Below are positions 50,860 to 64,000 of a stretch of DNA of 64,000 bases, piece by piece. The notes beneath the pieces were generated by a model. That model worked only from the letters and a program-made list of their open reading frames with translations. It ran no database searches and was not told the DNA's origin. Numbering within the stretch: position 1 is the first letter of the stretch; each line of letters begins with the position of its first letter. A program made the translations under genes and the position numbers. Origin of the DNA: Octopus sinensis (taxonomy: Eukaryota); NCBI RefSeq assembly GCF_006345805.1, contig NC_042998.1, positions 61,876,001 through 61,940,000 of the forward strand, in the 5' to 3' direction.

Positions 50860-51170
50860 TGAAGGTGTGTGGCTTAGTGGTTAGGGCATTCGGCTCGCGA
50901 TTGTAAGGTCACGAGTTCAATTCCCGGTGAGGTGTCATGTCTTTGAGCAAGACACTTTATTTCACATTGCTCCAGTCTTCTAAGCTGGCAAAAATGAGCA
51001 ATACCTGTACTTCAAAGGGCCAGCCTTGTCACACTGAATCTCCCTGAGAACTACGTTAAGGGTACATGTGTCTGTGGATTGCTCAGTCACTTGCACATTA
51101 ATTTCACGAGCAAGCTGTTCTGTTGATCGTATCAGCTGGGACCCTCGTTATCATAACCGACGGAATGCTC
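50860..51170 (+). mobile_element. tRNA-derived SINE (head tggcttagtggttaggg...gagttcaattccc)
   Basis: A and B boxes plus a conserved body gagcaagacactttatttcacattgctccagtc. Minus copies are at about 8700-9000, 9120-9440, 12055-12390, 27650-27965 and 53250-53470. Confidence 0.75.
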
Positions 51171-51879
51171 CTATTGGCTGTGAATACTGAGGATATGTGA
51201 AGGTTTGAAGGAAATGAAGCCAGTATGCTCCGCTGGATAGGTAATGTCAGTGTGCACATACAACAGAGTATAAGTGGCTTGAGAGAAGAACTGGGTGCAC
51301 GAGGCATCAGATGTAGTGTGCAAAAGAGAAGACTGCACTGGTATTGTCATGTAATGCATATGAATGAAGACAGTTACATTAAGAGGTGCTGATCTCAAAT
51401 AGCAGAGGGAATATGTGGAATGGATAGACCCAGGAAGACATAGGATGAAGTGGTGGAATAGGATCTACAGATGTTGGGACTCACAGACGGGACTGGGATT
51501 CCTGTGCTTGAGAAGGCACATCAAGCTGTGTAAAACCTTGGTTGTCCCTGCATACAGGCTATCCCCTGCATCCCTCTCCAGCTGAGCATTCCTAGCCTTG
51601 TGGGCTCATGGGTGCTGGTGCCATGTTAAAAGCACCCGACCCGGTGCCACATAAACACGTCCGTGCTGGTGCTGCGTAAAAGCATCCAGTACTCTCTGTA
51701 AAGTGGTTGGCATTAGGAAGGGCATCCAGCTGTAGAAAACTTGCCAAAACAAACATGGGGTCTGTGGGACTTGAGCTGTTCTTCAGCTGACCAGCTGCTG
51801 TCGAACCAACCAACCCATGCCAGCATGGGAAACGGATGTTGAACGACGATGATGATGATGATGATGACATATGCATATC

Positions 51880-52530
<651 letters not shown>

Positions 52531-55171
52531 AGATGGATTGTGATTCATATACCACCAGAACAGAACATAATCTTAAAAAGTAAAAAAAAAAAAAGAAACA
52601 AAAGAGAAAAGAAAAAGAACCATTGAAGCCAAGTCAGAAGCGCTAATATCGATTATTTTCCTGACAAGAGAAAATATAAAGAATAAGAACATACCCAACC
52701 CCCGGCCTTCCCCACACAACCCACCCACTACCAACCACTCACCAATAATTATTGGAGTCTAAACCCAACAATTACCAGATTATAAAGAGGTTTTGAGCTT
52801 AAAATAACCAGTTCTCAAAATCACTACAGATATGATTAGAAACAAAATTTCCTCCCATCTATAGAAAAAAAAAAAAAATAAAGTTATAAATATAAAAGAA
52901 AAGGTTGGCAGTAGCTTCTTTCTCCTGCTTATTTCTGTCTTTTATATAATATTTTGAAGTTAAACAAGAACAAAAAGACTTTTACAAAAGGGAAAATCTT
53001 ATGGAAAGAGAACTCTGTTTCGCTTTTGTTACAATATTCTTGTCTCAAGTAGAGGGGATTGATTTAATTGACTATTCTCGCCCTAAAACACGTAATCTTC
53101 TGTATTATAATTTTTTTCCTTTTATGTCTTAGCTAAGAGTGAAGAGTAGCGCCCATGACTTTTTCCTGGGCTTCGAGGCTTGTGGCAGAGTAGGGAGAGA
53201 AGGAAGGAGGGAGGAAGGAAGGCTATCTTCAACTGAAGGACCAAAGCCAAGTGTTTGCGATGGAGTGAATTCTGGTTACTGGCACTCAGGTAGTTATGAT
53301 CACAAGTGCTCCAGTTAATCCAATCAATGGAATAGTCTGCTTGTAGAATTAACGTGCAAGTGGCTGAGCACTCCACAGACATAATTCTCTTAAAATACAT
53401 GTGCAACTTCTTTTTGCCAGCTGAATGGACTGGAGCAAAGTGAAATAAAGTGTCTTGCTCAAGGACATAATACACTGCTTAGTCAGCTGAAATACCCTGG
53501 ATTCTGCAAAAGGTACCCAAGGACAAAGTGTTAGTATTTAAAGAAGGTGATGGCTTAAGTCTATTACCCATGAAGACTACAGGTGTTTGAGGATTGCAGC
53601 AATATAAGAAGTGAGGGATGGGTAGGGGTTGAAAATTTTCACCAACCAAAAGATCTAGGATGACTTCTCACGATATAATAGACTCTGCTAAAGATACTTA
53701 AGAACTATGTAAAGGGGTTAAAACAAGCAGCAGATTATTACCATCTAAAAAATCCATAGCAGGATTTGAACTCCCAATGGATTGTGGCACTCTGTCAGTT
53801 ATGATGATGAGGGTTCCAGCTGATCCGATCAACAGAACAGCAGGCCTGTGAAATTAACCTGCAAGTGACTGAGAACTACACAGACATGTGTACTCTTAAC
53901 GTAGTTCTCGGGAGATTCAGTGAGACACAGAGTGTGACAAGGCTGGCCCTTTGAAATACAACAGAAACAGGAAGAAAGAGTGAGAGAAAGCTGTGGTGAA
54001 AGAGTATGGCAGAGTTCACCACCATCTCCTGCCGGAGCCCCATGGAGCTTTAGGTGTTTTCGCTCATTAAACACTCACAATGCCCGGTCTGGGAATCAAA
54101 ACCATGAACTTACACCACAAGTCTGTTGCCCTAACCACTGGGCCATTGCGACTCCACACACACACACGCACATATACATAAATAGTGTGGCACTCTGTCA
54201 GTTACAATGAAGGTTCCAGTTGATCCGATCAATGGAACAGCCTGCTCATGAAATTAACGTGCATGTGGCTGAGTACTCCACGGAGATTCAGCATGACACA
54301 CAGTGTGACAAGGCTGGGCCCCTTTGAAATACAGGTACAACAGAAAGAGGAAGTAAGAGTAAGAGAAAGCTGTGGTGAAAGAGTACAGCAGGGTTCACCA
54401 CCACTCCTTGCCAGAGCCTCGTGGAGAGTTAGGGGATTTCACTCAATAAACACTCACAATGCCCAGTCAGGGAATCAAAACCAAAAACCTACACCGCAAG
54501 TCCACTGCCCTAACCACTGGGCCATTGCACCTCCATTCCCAATGGATAGAGCTTGAAATAATATTGCAAAGCATCCCATCCAATGTTCTAACATTTCCAC
54601 CAGACTGGCATTTTAGTTTATTCTGGTAATTTATTTTGTGATACAGGGAGAATGAGAGGCAAATTTGACCTAGGTAGAAACTGAGCTCAAAAACCAAACT
54701 CAAAAGATCAAAAGCCAAAAGAAATAAATAATGCCAGCCATTTTGTCCAGTACTCTTAAGAGCCTGATAAGTTCGTTTCAGTCATTTGACTATGGCCAAG
54801 CTGGAGCACCACCCTTAGTCGAGCAAATCAATCCCAGGACTTATTCTTTGTAAGCCTAATACTTATTTTATCAGTTTCTTTTGCTGAACCACTAAGTTAT
54901 GGGGGGATGTAAACACACCAGCATTGGTTGTCATGTGATGTTGGGGGGACAAACAGACACACAAACGTATACACACATACACACACACCTATATATATAT
55001 GATAGGCTTCTTTCAGTTTCCATCTACCAAAGTCACTCACAAGTCTTTGGTCGGCCCAATGCTATAGTAGAAGACATTTACCCAAGGTGCTACACACTGG
55101 GACTGAACCCAGAAGCATGTGGTTTGTAAGCAAGCTACTTACCACCCAGCCACGCCTGCGCCTATATACAC

Positions 55172-55205
<34 letters not shown>

Positions 55206-55232
55206 TATATATATATATATTATATATATATA

Positions 55233-55275
<43 letters not shown>

Positions 55276-55639
55276 CAAAATTAAGGGTACTGAAGAGATA
55301 CCACCATGCCAGAAATAGCAGTCAAAATCTGACTAAAACCACATCAAGTATTCAAACAACACAGATGAAAAGATAAGTGAACAAATATATTAGCAAATAA
55401 ATTAATGGATAAAATTAATGGAATTATCCATTAATTTATTTGCTAATTTATTGGTTCAGTTATCTTTTCACCTGTGTTGTTTGAATACTTGATGTGGTTT
55501 TAGTCAGATTTTGACTGCTGTTTCTGGTATGGTGGTATCTCTTCAGTATCCTTAATTATAATCTTAATAATAATAATTATTACCTATAAGGTTTTTTGAT
55601 ATGGTTGTTAATTTAAATAATGGTCTTATCCTCTTTTTA

Positions 55640-58140
55640 TATATAAATATATTGGAAGGATGGGGGTAGTAGGGAACTGTACCAGGTAGCCAGAAGGAGG
55701 GAGGCTGGGCAGCAGGTATACATAGCCAAGAGCGAAACGGAAAAGAAGTTTGCCAATGTCCAGAGACGTGAGGACCAAAGAACTGAGGTATTTTGGATTA
55801 CAAGACAGTGTGTGAGAGAAAATTGTGATGTCATAGGAGAGAAATGTGTTTGAATGGATGATGGTGCACTTGCTTTTAATGATTCTGAAAAGAAAGAGGC
55901 TTGGAGAAGCCATTATGAAAGACTGCTGAATGTGGAGAATGAATGGGAGGGGAGAGCCTGCCAAATGTTGATCCAGTAGAGGAACCAGCTATCCGAATAG
56001 ACAGCTCCCTAGTAGATAAAGCAATTAAGGGTATGAAACCAGGAAAAGCCCCTGGCCCATCAGGAATCACTGCTGAGATGCTTAAAACATCTGGTGGTGT
56101 GGGCATACAGCTTAGTCACCTGCATTGTAAACTAGGTTGTTCATGATGGAGCCATACCTAACGACTGGCATAGCAGCAAAATAGTCAACTGCTACAAGGG
56201 TAAAGGTGATGCTCTAGATAGAAATAACTACAGGGATATCAAACTGCTGGATCAGGTAATGAAGGTCACAGAGAGAGTCATAGCCCATCTCATCAGGGAG
56301 AGATGGTGCTTAGATGAGGTGCAGTTCAGTTTTGTGCCTGGTAGAAGCACCACTGATGCCATATTCCTGGTTCAGCAACTGCAGGAGAAATACCTAGCTA
56401 AAGGTAAAACCCCTATACATAGCTTTCGTGGACTAAGAGAAAGCCTTTGACAGGGTCCCCTGATCCCTTATCTGGTGGGCAATGCGGAAACTGGAGATTG
56501 ACAAATGGTTAATTAGGGCTGTACAGGCCCTATACAGAGAGGCCATTAGCAAAGTTAGGATTGGCAACGAGTATAGTGAAGAATTCTGGGTAGAAGTAGG
56601 GGTCCACCAAGGTTCAGCCATCAGTCCCATTTTTTTCATCATAGTCCTCCAGGCAGTAACAGAGGAATTCAAAACAGGTTGCCCTTGGGATCTCCTCTAT
56701 GCTGATGACTTAGCCCTCATAGAAGAATCACTACCGGAACTAGAGAAGAAACTTCGTGTGTGGAAGCTAGGTTTAGAATCAAAAGGCCTTAGAGTCAATG
56801 TAGCAAAGACCAGAGTTCTAGTAAGTAGGAAGGCTAACTCACCACACACCCCTTCAGGTTGGTGGCCCTGCTCGATCTGTAGAAAAGGTGTTGGTAGAAA
56901 CTCCATAAGATGTACCCAGTGTAAGCTATGGACACATAAGAGGTGCAGTAACATCAAAGGAAAATTAACCTAGAAGGTAGCTTTCGTGTGCAGCAGATGC
57001 ACAGGGGCAATAGACACCATTGATACTTGGAAAACAGATTTCATTACACTCCAAGGGGAGAAACTAGAAGTAGTTGACAGTTTCTGCTACCTAGGTGACC
57101 AAGTTAGTAGCAGGGGTGGATGCTTGCTCAGAGTGTGTTACCACTAGAATACAAATAGCCTGGGCAAAGTTTAGAAAGCTTCTTCCCCTACTGGCGACAA
57201 AGGGTCTCTCGCTCAGAGTGAAAGGTAGATTGTATGATGCACATGTGCAAACTGCCATGCTTCACAGCAGTGAAACATAGGCTGTGACTGCAGAGGACAT
57301 GCGTAGGCTCGAAAGAAATGAAGCTAGCATGATTCGCTGGATGTGCAATGTCAGTGTCTATGCATGACAGAGTATAAGCGCCCTGAGACAAATGTTGGAC
57401 TTAAGAAGCATCGGATGCAGCGTGCAGGAGAGACGTTTGCATTGGTGTGGTCATGTACTACAGATGGGTGAGGAGAGATGTGTGAAGAAGTGCCACTCCC
57501 AAACTGTTGAAGGAATCAGGGGTAGAGGTAGACCCAGGAAGACATGGGACAAGGTGGTCAAGCACGACCTTCGTACATTGGGCCTCACAGAGGCTATGAT
57601 GAAAGACCGAGACCTCTGGAGATATGCTGTGACTTCGAAGACCTGACAAATGAAGTGAGTTCATGGCTTGCAGGATGGCCTGCTGTGCTTGAGGAGACCT
57701 AGTGTGTCAAGTACATCAACATCAAAATAAAAATCGAATGGATATTGTAGCTATGATACCTGTGCCGGTGGGGCCTCACAGAGGAAATGATGAAGACCGA
57801 AACCTCTCGGATATGCTGTGACTGTGAAGACCCGACAAATGAAGTAAGTTCATGGCTCACAGGACAGCCTGCTGTGCTAACCTTGGATCATAGAGTACCC
57901 GCTGTTCTTGAGGAGACCTATTAAGCAAGTACATCAACACCAACATCAAAATAAAAATCAAATGGAAATTGTAGTTAAGATACCCATGTCGGTGACACGT
58001 AAAAAGCATCATCTGAACGTGGCAGATGCCAGCACCGCCTGACTGGTGTCTGTGTTGGTGACATGTAAAAGCACCAACCGATCATGGCCGTTTGCTAGCC
58101 TCTCCTGGCCCCTGTGTCGGTGGCATGTAAAATGCACCCA
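55640..58140 (+). mobile_element. RTE-clade LINE, 5'-truncated and degenerate (RT, PHD-like finger, C-terminus, 3' UTR)
   Basis: KAPGPSGITAEMLK, FVPGRSTTDAIF, GVHQGSAISP, LLYADDLALI, CSIC-CTQC-HKRC-CSRC finger and terminal RGRGRPRKTW...DRDLWRYAV, spread over several frames with stops. Confidence 0.92.
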
Positions 58141-58410
58141 GTTATTAAAAATTGAAACCCATCAGTGACTTTTGGGATACCCTGTATATATATTTATAAA
58201 TATATCTATACACTTATTAATATTAACAGATATAACAGAGTGACTCAAGGGCCAGGAGTTTTGTGCTTTGGCACTTAACAAACAAGTGTCAATGCATGAA
58301 ACTCTCGGACTTACATTTACATACATATATACATACATATATATATATAAATATACACACACGCTCAGACACACACACACACATACATGTATATGTACAC
58401 ATATATATAT

Positions 58411-58434
58411 GTATCTATCTATCTATTTATCTAT

Positions 58435-58487
<53 letters not shown>

Positions 58488-58507
58488 AATCTATCAATCT
58501 ATCTATC
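58411..58507. repeat. (ATCT)n tetranucleotide microsatellite; continues at 62809-62828 and 63063-63205
   Basis: Read directly from the sequence. Confidence 0.95.
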
Positions 58508-58966
58508 GAAGACGAAACCAGTGAGGAATGGCAAATAGCTACAAAAAGAAGGAAAATAAAGAGCAGAAACACAACCAAACCAAATGCAAACACGAACAAA
58601 GCAGGGGGAAATACATCTCCCGAAGACATTTCAAAACCCAACGCAAACAACAGCCACACCAACACCACAAAAACATATACAGCAAACATGCTCACAGCCA
58701 TAGACACCAAAAACACAAATTTGATGGAATACATCCAATCAAAAACAAACATAACAGAAGATGACATAAAAACAAACAATCACCCATACACAACACCACC
58801 AGACCACATCAAAATATTATACATCTCCAAAAGTCTGCACCACACACTCAAAGGCATTTTCCCCAGTGTGGTTGGTAAATGCCAAAAATATCTCACAAAG
58901 AAACTGTACTGGGATCTTCTCGAGGACAAACCAACGGAGGAGAAAGCAAAAACTTTCAAGCAGTAA
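58508..58966 (+). pseudogene. C-terminal remnant of Tx1 ORF1 (EEWQIATKRRK...KAKTFKQ*)
   Basis: Open frame that stops 31 bp before the ORF2 ATG. The upstream part of track ORF 58268..58966 is only translated microsatellite. Confidence 0.6.
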
Positions 58967-58997
58967 GTAACCCTCTGTATTCTAATTCATTAGAACT

Positions 58998-61900
58998 ATG
59001 ATCAAGATTGGTTGTGTAAATGCGCGTGGCTTGGGGTCCCCTTGGAAACAAGGGTACCTCTTAAATGACATAAAGTCACATAAGTTAGAAATCATAGCCA
59101 TAAGCGAGACCAGACTCCACAATCCGCGGGCCCTAAAGACCATGTTTGGCGGACAGTTCAACATTTATTTTTCCCCCTGTCTGCCGAGAATGGGCGGTAG
59201 TGGCACCGCGGTACTTTTTCACAAGAGTCTGGATCTCAAAGTAAGGACAATATTCGTAGACCCGTCGGTAGACTGGTCGTCCTGGATGTCGACGGCAGCA
59301 ATGGGTGCGCTTTTCGACTCGTATCAGTTTACGCACCGCCCTTAACAGGTCGGGCGGATTTCTTTCAACGTCTAGAAGTTTTCTTGGGAACGTCTCGTCC
59401 TTTACTCTTAGTGGGGGATTGGAATGCTACCTTGGACACGCATGTAGACTACGTGGGTAGAGATAGGAATAGACGGGGATGCAAATGCCTCAGAGACCTG
59501 CTCAGACGCTTTCAACTGTCTGACAGGTTCCGACTAGACCACCCGAATGCGCCAACGTGGACATGGAGCAACCGCATCGGGTCGTCGAGATCGTATCTAG
59601 ATAGGATACTGTGTAGGACAGTAGATAGAGATAGCATAGGATGTCCACAATTCCACATAGTCAGCTACACGGATCACAAACTTGTGACATGTACGCTAGA
59701 CTTAGGTAAGACACTTAGGCAGGGTCCCGGATACTGGAAACTAAACGCGTCTTTCCCATCGAGACAGGTTTTCAGAGACCGGATTAGCACACTAGTAAAG
59801 AGGGCTTTGACGGGAGCCATCATCAACAACAAATGGTGGTTTGCCCTCAAGAGAGCAGTAAAAGCAGAAGCGATTAGGTACAGCAAAGCACTAGCCATAG
59901 ATAGAAATAGAGTAGAGGGTGAGCTAGTTAAGAAGCTAGAAGAGGCAATTAGAAGCGGCATCGCATCCGACGTTTTGGCGGCGAGGTTGGCCCTCGACCA
60001 ACACTTCAACGCCAAACACGAAGGATGTGCTGTCAGAGCTAGGATGCGTGCTCTAAGGAACGAAGGTGTTGGAGCCGCGAGAGAGGCCCGGGTGGCAGAG
60101 GCGCAACAGGGCAACAAAGCCACCATTCGGTCACTGGTAGATGAACAGGGGCGCGAATTGCTCGAGCCAAGTAAAATGTGTGAGGCCTTTCAGCAGCATT
60201 TTGCCCGACTGTTCGGAACGAGTGGAGGGCAAGAATGTAGGGTGGACTTCAGTGCCTACCTACATAGCCTACCACGACTCTCGACAAGAAGGGCAGGGTG
60301 CTGCGAAGGTGCCATCACGGCAGCGGAAGTGCGGGAAGCGATGGCAGAATGCTCGAGGGACAAATCACCGGGTTTGGATGGTCTACCCTACGAGACTTGT
60401 CTACCCTACGAGACTTGTTTGGAGATCTCTTGGCGGCGGTGTACTGCAACTGGCAGCAAAACGGGAGCATTCCTGGTTTTGTGAGCCGAGGAGCCGTAAC
60501 ACTGCTGAAGAAAGATCTAAACAAGGGAAATGTAATAGATAACTTTAGGCCCATCACTCTGCTTAATGCAGACTTGAAAATTTTGGCCAAGGTGCTAGCC
60601 AAGAGGTTGGCGCTTGTCATCGAGAAACTGGTCGACAAGGCGCAAACATGCACCGTGCCAGGCCGGACCATCCATGACAACCTCCATCTGATGCGCTACA
60701 TCATAGACAGGGTAGTTAACGAACCTGGCATGGGTGGGGCCCTGATCAACTTGGATCAATCGAAAGCCTTTGATAGGGTAGACCATCGATACTTGGAGGC
60801 AGTCCTGAGAGCGGCTGGTTTCGGTCCCGTCTTCCGCGGCTGGATAGCTGCCTTGTACAGAGGCATCCGTTCGGTAATTCGCGTAAATGGACATCTATCG
60901 AGACCTTTCGACATTGCACGTTCGGTCCGTCAGGGATGCCCCCTCTCGGCGCTTCTATACGTATTGACTCTTGAGCCACTACTGCGGAAGCTGGCGACTC
61001 TAAGGGGCATCCCACGAGAATTGGGATGCGGGACGAGCGTGTCTGCATACGCGGACGACGTCACCGTCATAGTGTCTAGCCACGAGCACATCGAGCAGGT
61101 CGGCGAGACACTGAAAAACTACGAAGCGGTGACAGGAGCGAAAATCAACCGGGAAAAGTCAGTGGGCTTGCGACTAGGCACCTGGAGAAGCAAGCCCATG
61201 CCGTCCACCAGCGCCTCCGTCGTGGGACGCTGGACCGACGGCCCGGTTGAGTTGCTCGGGGTCTGGTTTGGTCCGGACCTCCAAGTGGAGAAGAACTGGA
61301 ACGAGATAACGAGTAGGGTGGTCACTCTCGCCCGGCAATGGGCCGAGAGGAAACTGTCCCTAAAAGGTCGAGCGGAGGTGGCGAACACGTACATCGCGTC
61401 CGTCATCTACTACCGCCTGACCGTCGTACCTTGTCCCGACCCTACCATCACCAAACTACAACGCATCCTCTTTCGCTTCTTGTGGAAAGGATGCGTCCCG
61501 ATGGTCAGGCGATCCATTTGCTGTCAACACCCGTTAAAAGGAGGGCTGGGCATGCCGTGGTTGATGATGCGCAGACACGCGCTGAGACTGCGACATCTCT
61601 GGCTCTATGTAGACGACGGTGAACAGGTGTGGTCGCCGTTTGTGAGGCACGCTTTTCCGCAGCTCGTCTCCATGACCGAACTGCAGTCGTGGATCAAAAA
61701 GAGGCCGAGGAAGGGCGAATGGCACCGCGAGTGTCGCGTTGCTCTCAAGCAACTCTGCCGTCCTGGGTCGACCTTAAGTGACTTCAACACAACCAAAGCA
61801 TTCTATAGGGGTTTAGTGGAGGGGAGGTACGACGACGAGCTCGGGGCGAACCTGGACGTCGACGAGGAGTACCTGACCCGCCTGTTCAGGACGACTTTCG

Positions 61901-62433
61901 GGCCAGGGCCCATGGACAACTTCCAGAGATCCCTGGCCTGGCAGTGCTACCGAGAAGCGCTACCCGTTCGGGATAAGCTCTACAGACACGGCTCGAGAAA
62001 CACGGGGCCGACCTGCCCGAGATGCGGTCAGAGCGACGAAACCGTACTGCACGCACTCATTCAGTGTCCAACAATTTCCGACCTGTGGGCTTATGTCGAA
62101 CAACTGCTGTCACGTGTGGGACGAGTCGGTTTATCAGCTGAGTCTATCGTCAATATTGTCACACCTCCTTCCTTCAAACGGGAAGGAAGAGCTATTTTCA
62201 TCATACTTGTGGCTATGGCGAAAGAATGTATCTGGTGGACGCGTCTGAAAGGATTGGAGACAAACACTTTCCTCTCTGGTCAATCTCTCATCAACTTCTT
62301 CAAGTACCACTTGAAAAGGAAAGTGAGAGTAGAGAGGCAAGTTTTGTCTAGCGAATGTTTTAAAAAAAGATGGGTGAATGTAGCAAGAATGGCACGTATG
62401 AATGACGAAGCCACCTTGAGCATAGTCCTATGA
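58998..62433 (+). pseudogene. Tx1 ORF2 (APE-RT-CCHC) broken by two frameshifts
   Basis: Three track ORFs (58998..59345, 59384..60484, 60298..62433) join into one ORF2. The shifts are near 59262 and near 60400, where an 18-bp tandem duplication ctaccctacgagacttgt (60383-60418) sits. Confidence 0.9.
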
Positions 62434-62829
62434 ACCCAGAAATCGAAAACAGAGAGTTGCTTATTTGCAAAAAAAAAAAAAAAGAAATATAAAATGTGAC
62501 TTCATTGACCGAGGTTAGCGTGGTCTTTTCCGTAGGCTTTTCTTTCCACGGGTAAACCTCACCTGTCCTCCCCTTTACACTTCATATTGACATTTCTGTG
62601 ATAACGATCCCTATTGATCAATTTTTTTTTCCTCTCCCCCTTTTTTTTAACCCCCCCTTTTTTGTCCTCTTTCTCTCCTTTTACGATCCCTTTTGATCGA
62701 AACTCCCCCCTTCCTTTTTTTTTTTTTTTTTAAACCCTTCAAAAGAAAAGCTCTACCTTGTAATTTGTTCTATCTGTGTGCAGCCCTGTGTGGCTAATAA
62801 AGAAACATATCTATCAATCTATCAATCTA

Positions 62830-63062
62830 GGCGCAATGGCCCAGTGGTTAGGGCAGCGGACTCGCGGTCGCAGGATCGCGGTTTCGATTCTCAGACCGGG
62901 CGTTGTGTGTGTTTATTGAGCGAAAACACCTAAAAAAGCTCTACGAGGCTCCGGCAGGGGGTGGTGATCCCTGCTGTACTCTTTCACCACAATGGCGGTG
63001 CCCCAGCATGGCCACAGCTCAAGAGCTGAAACTGGAAAAAACAAAACAAACAAAAACAAAAC
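62830..63062 (+). mobile_element. Young tRNA-derived SINE inserted in the (ATCT)n array
   Basis: A box TGGCCCAGTGG and B box GGTTTCGATTC, CpG-rich, (CAAAA)n-like tail. Related heads are at about 53990-54150 and 54380-54530 (minus). Confidence 0.8.
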
Positions 63063-63086
63063 ATCTATCTATCTATCAATCTATCA

Positions 63087-63130
<44 letters not shown>

Positions 63131-63132
63131 GC

Positions 63133-63164
<32 letters not shown>

Positions 63165-63169
63165 TTATC

Positions 63170-63200
<31 letters not shown>

Positions 63201-63380
63201 CTATCCCGAAAACTGTTACTCAGAGTTTCACATTCCCTTTCATCAATATTCCAATGCTTTGCAGCTTTATTAATAAAGCATATTACTCTACCTCCGGTAT
63301 TCAAGTACTATCTTTTCCACCTTGTTTCACAGTTATGTGCTTACTCTGGTGTGTCTATATGTATATATGTATATATGTAC

Positions 63381-63862
63381 ATCACTGGCACAGGTATCAC
63401 AACTACAATTTCCATTTGATCTTTTGATGTTGATGTACTTGACTCAATAGGTCTCCTCAAGCACATTAAGTAGATGACCTGCTGTGCTTGAGGAGACCTA
63501 TTGTGTCAAGTACATCAACATTAAAATAAATAGCAAATAGAAATTGTAGTTGTGATACCTGTGCCGGTGGCATGTAAAAAGCACCATTTGAACGTGGTCG
63601 ATGCCAGCGCTGCCTTGACTGGCTTCTGTGCTGGTGACACGTAAAAAGCACCAACCAATTGTGGCCACTGCCAGCATCCCCTGGCACCTGAACCAGGAGT
63701 ATGTAAAAATCACCCACTACACTCATGGAGTGGTTGGCGTTAGGAAGGGCATCCAGCTGTAGAAACACTGCCAATCAGACTGGAGCCTGGGGCAGCCCCC
63801 TGGCTTCCCAGACCCTGGTTGAACCGTCCAACCCGTGCTAGCACGGAAAACAGATGTTAAGC

Positions 63863-63898
<36 letters not shown>

Positions 63899-63900
63899 AG
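63381..63900 (+). mobile_element. RTE 3'-UTR copy with a fold-back duplicated 5' end and (GAT)n tail
   Basis: 63381-63465 is the reverse complement of about 63484-63570. The tail gatgttaagcgatgatgat is at 63853-63898. Confidence 0.75.
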
Positions 63901-64000
63901 GCACTAGAGTGGCTGTGTGGTAATTAGCTTGCTTCCCAATCACATGGTTCCGGGTTCAGTTCCACTGCATGGCACCTTGGGCAAGTGTCTTCTACTATAG

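Larger units (their letters stand above)
58508..62808 (+). mobile_element. Tx1/L1-clade non-LTR retrotransposon, 5'-truncated, inside an (ATCT)n microsatellite
   Basis: ORF1 C-terminal remnant, then ORF2 with an AP endonuclease (CVNARGL, AISETR, VGDWNA, SYLDRI, TDHK), an RT (NFRPITLLNADLK, LDQSKAFDRVDH, VRQGCPLS, YADD) and a CCHC finger (CPRC...HALIQC). The 3' UTR ends aataaagaaacat. Confidence 0.93.

Noticed and set aside
58268-58507. N-terminal part of the 232-aa ORF 58268..58966 as a real protein
   Set aside because: It is read-through of (TA/CA)n and (ATCT)n upstream of the 5'-truncated LINE ORF1.
62830-62900. tRNA-like sequence with A and B boxes (also about 50865-50930)
   Set aside because: I could not form a cloverleaf or acceptor stem, it runs into a SINE body, and it has multiple diverged copies. 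It is a SINE head, not a tRNA gene.

Overview
AT-rich, repeat-dense animal genomic DNA. The SINE, LINE and MITE families look like those of an octopod cephalopod (recognised from memory, not by database search). I found no rRNA, true tRNA gene or CRISPR array. The one host gene I can reconstruct is DNAJC8 (J-domain co-chaperone) on the minus strand. It has five coding exons in the window (41105-41164, 17589-17690, 13857-13913, 11129-11195, 1649-1743; 381 nt, 127 aa, all GT-AG and phase-consistent), and the remaining exons lie left of base 1. Almost all ORFs in the supplied track are microsatellite or repeat artefacts. The rest is mostly mobile DNA: a frameshifted Tx1/L1-clade LINE inside an (ATCT)n microsatellite (58508-62808), many RTE LINE fragments including a head-to-tail 3'-UTR concatemer (4098-6135), Penelope-like (PLE) pieces carrying minimal hammerhead-ribozyme motifs (one apparently intact at 45328-45363), piggyBac-, hAT-, mariner/Tigger- and Helentron-like elements, tRNA-derived SINEs and long microsatellites. 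A CpG-retaining zone (about 35-41.3 kb) marks the 5' end of DNAJC8. The best candidates for under-described biology are the hammerhead-bearing PLE derivatives, the (ATCT)n-associated Tx1 element and the LINE-derived tandem array.
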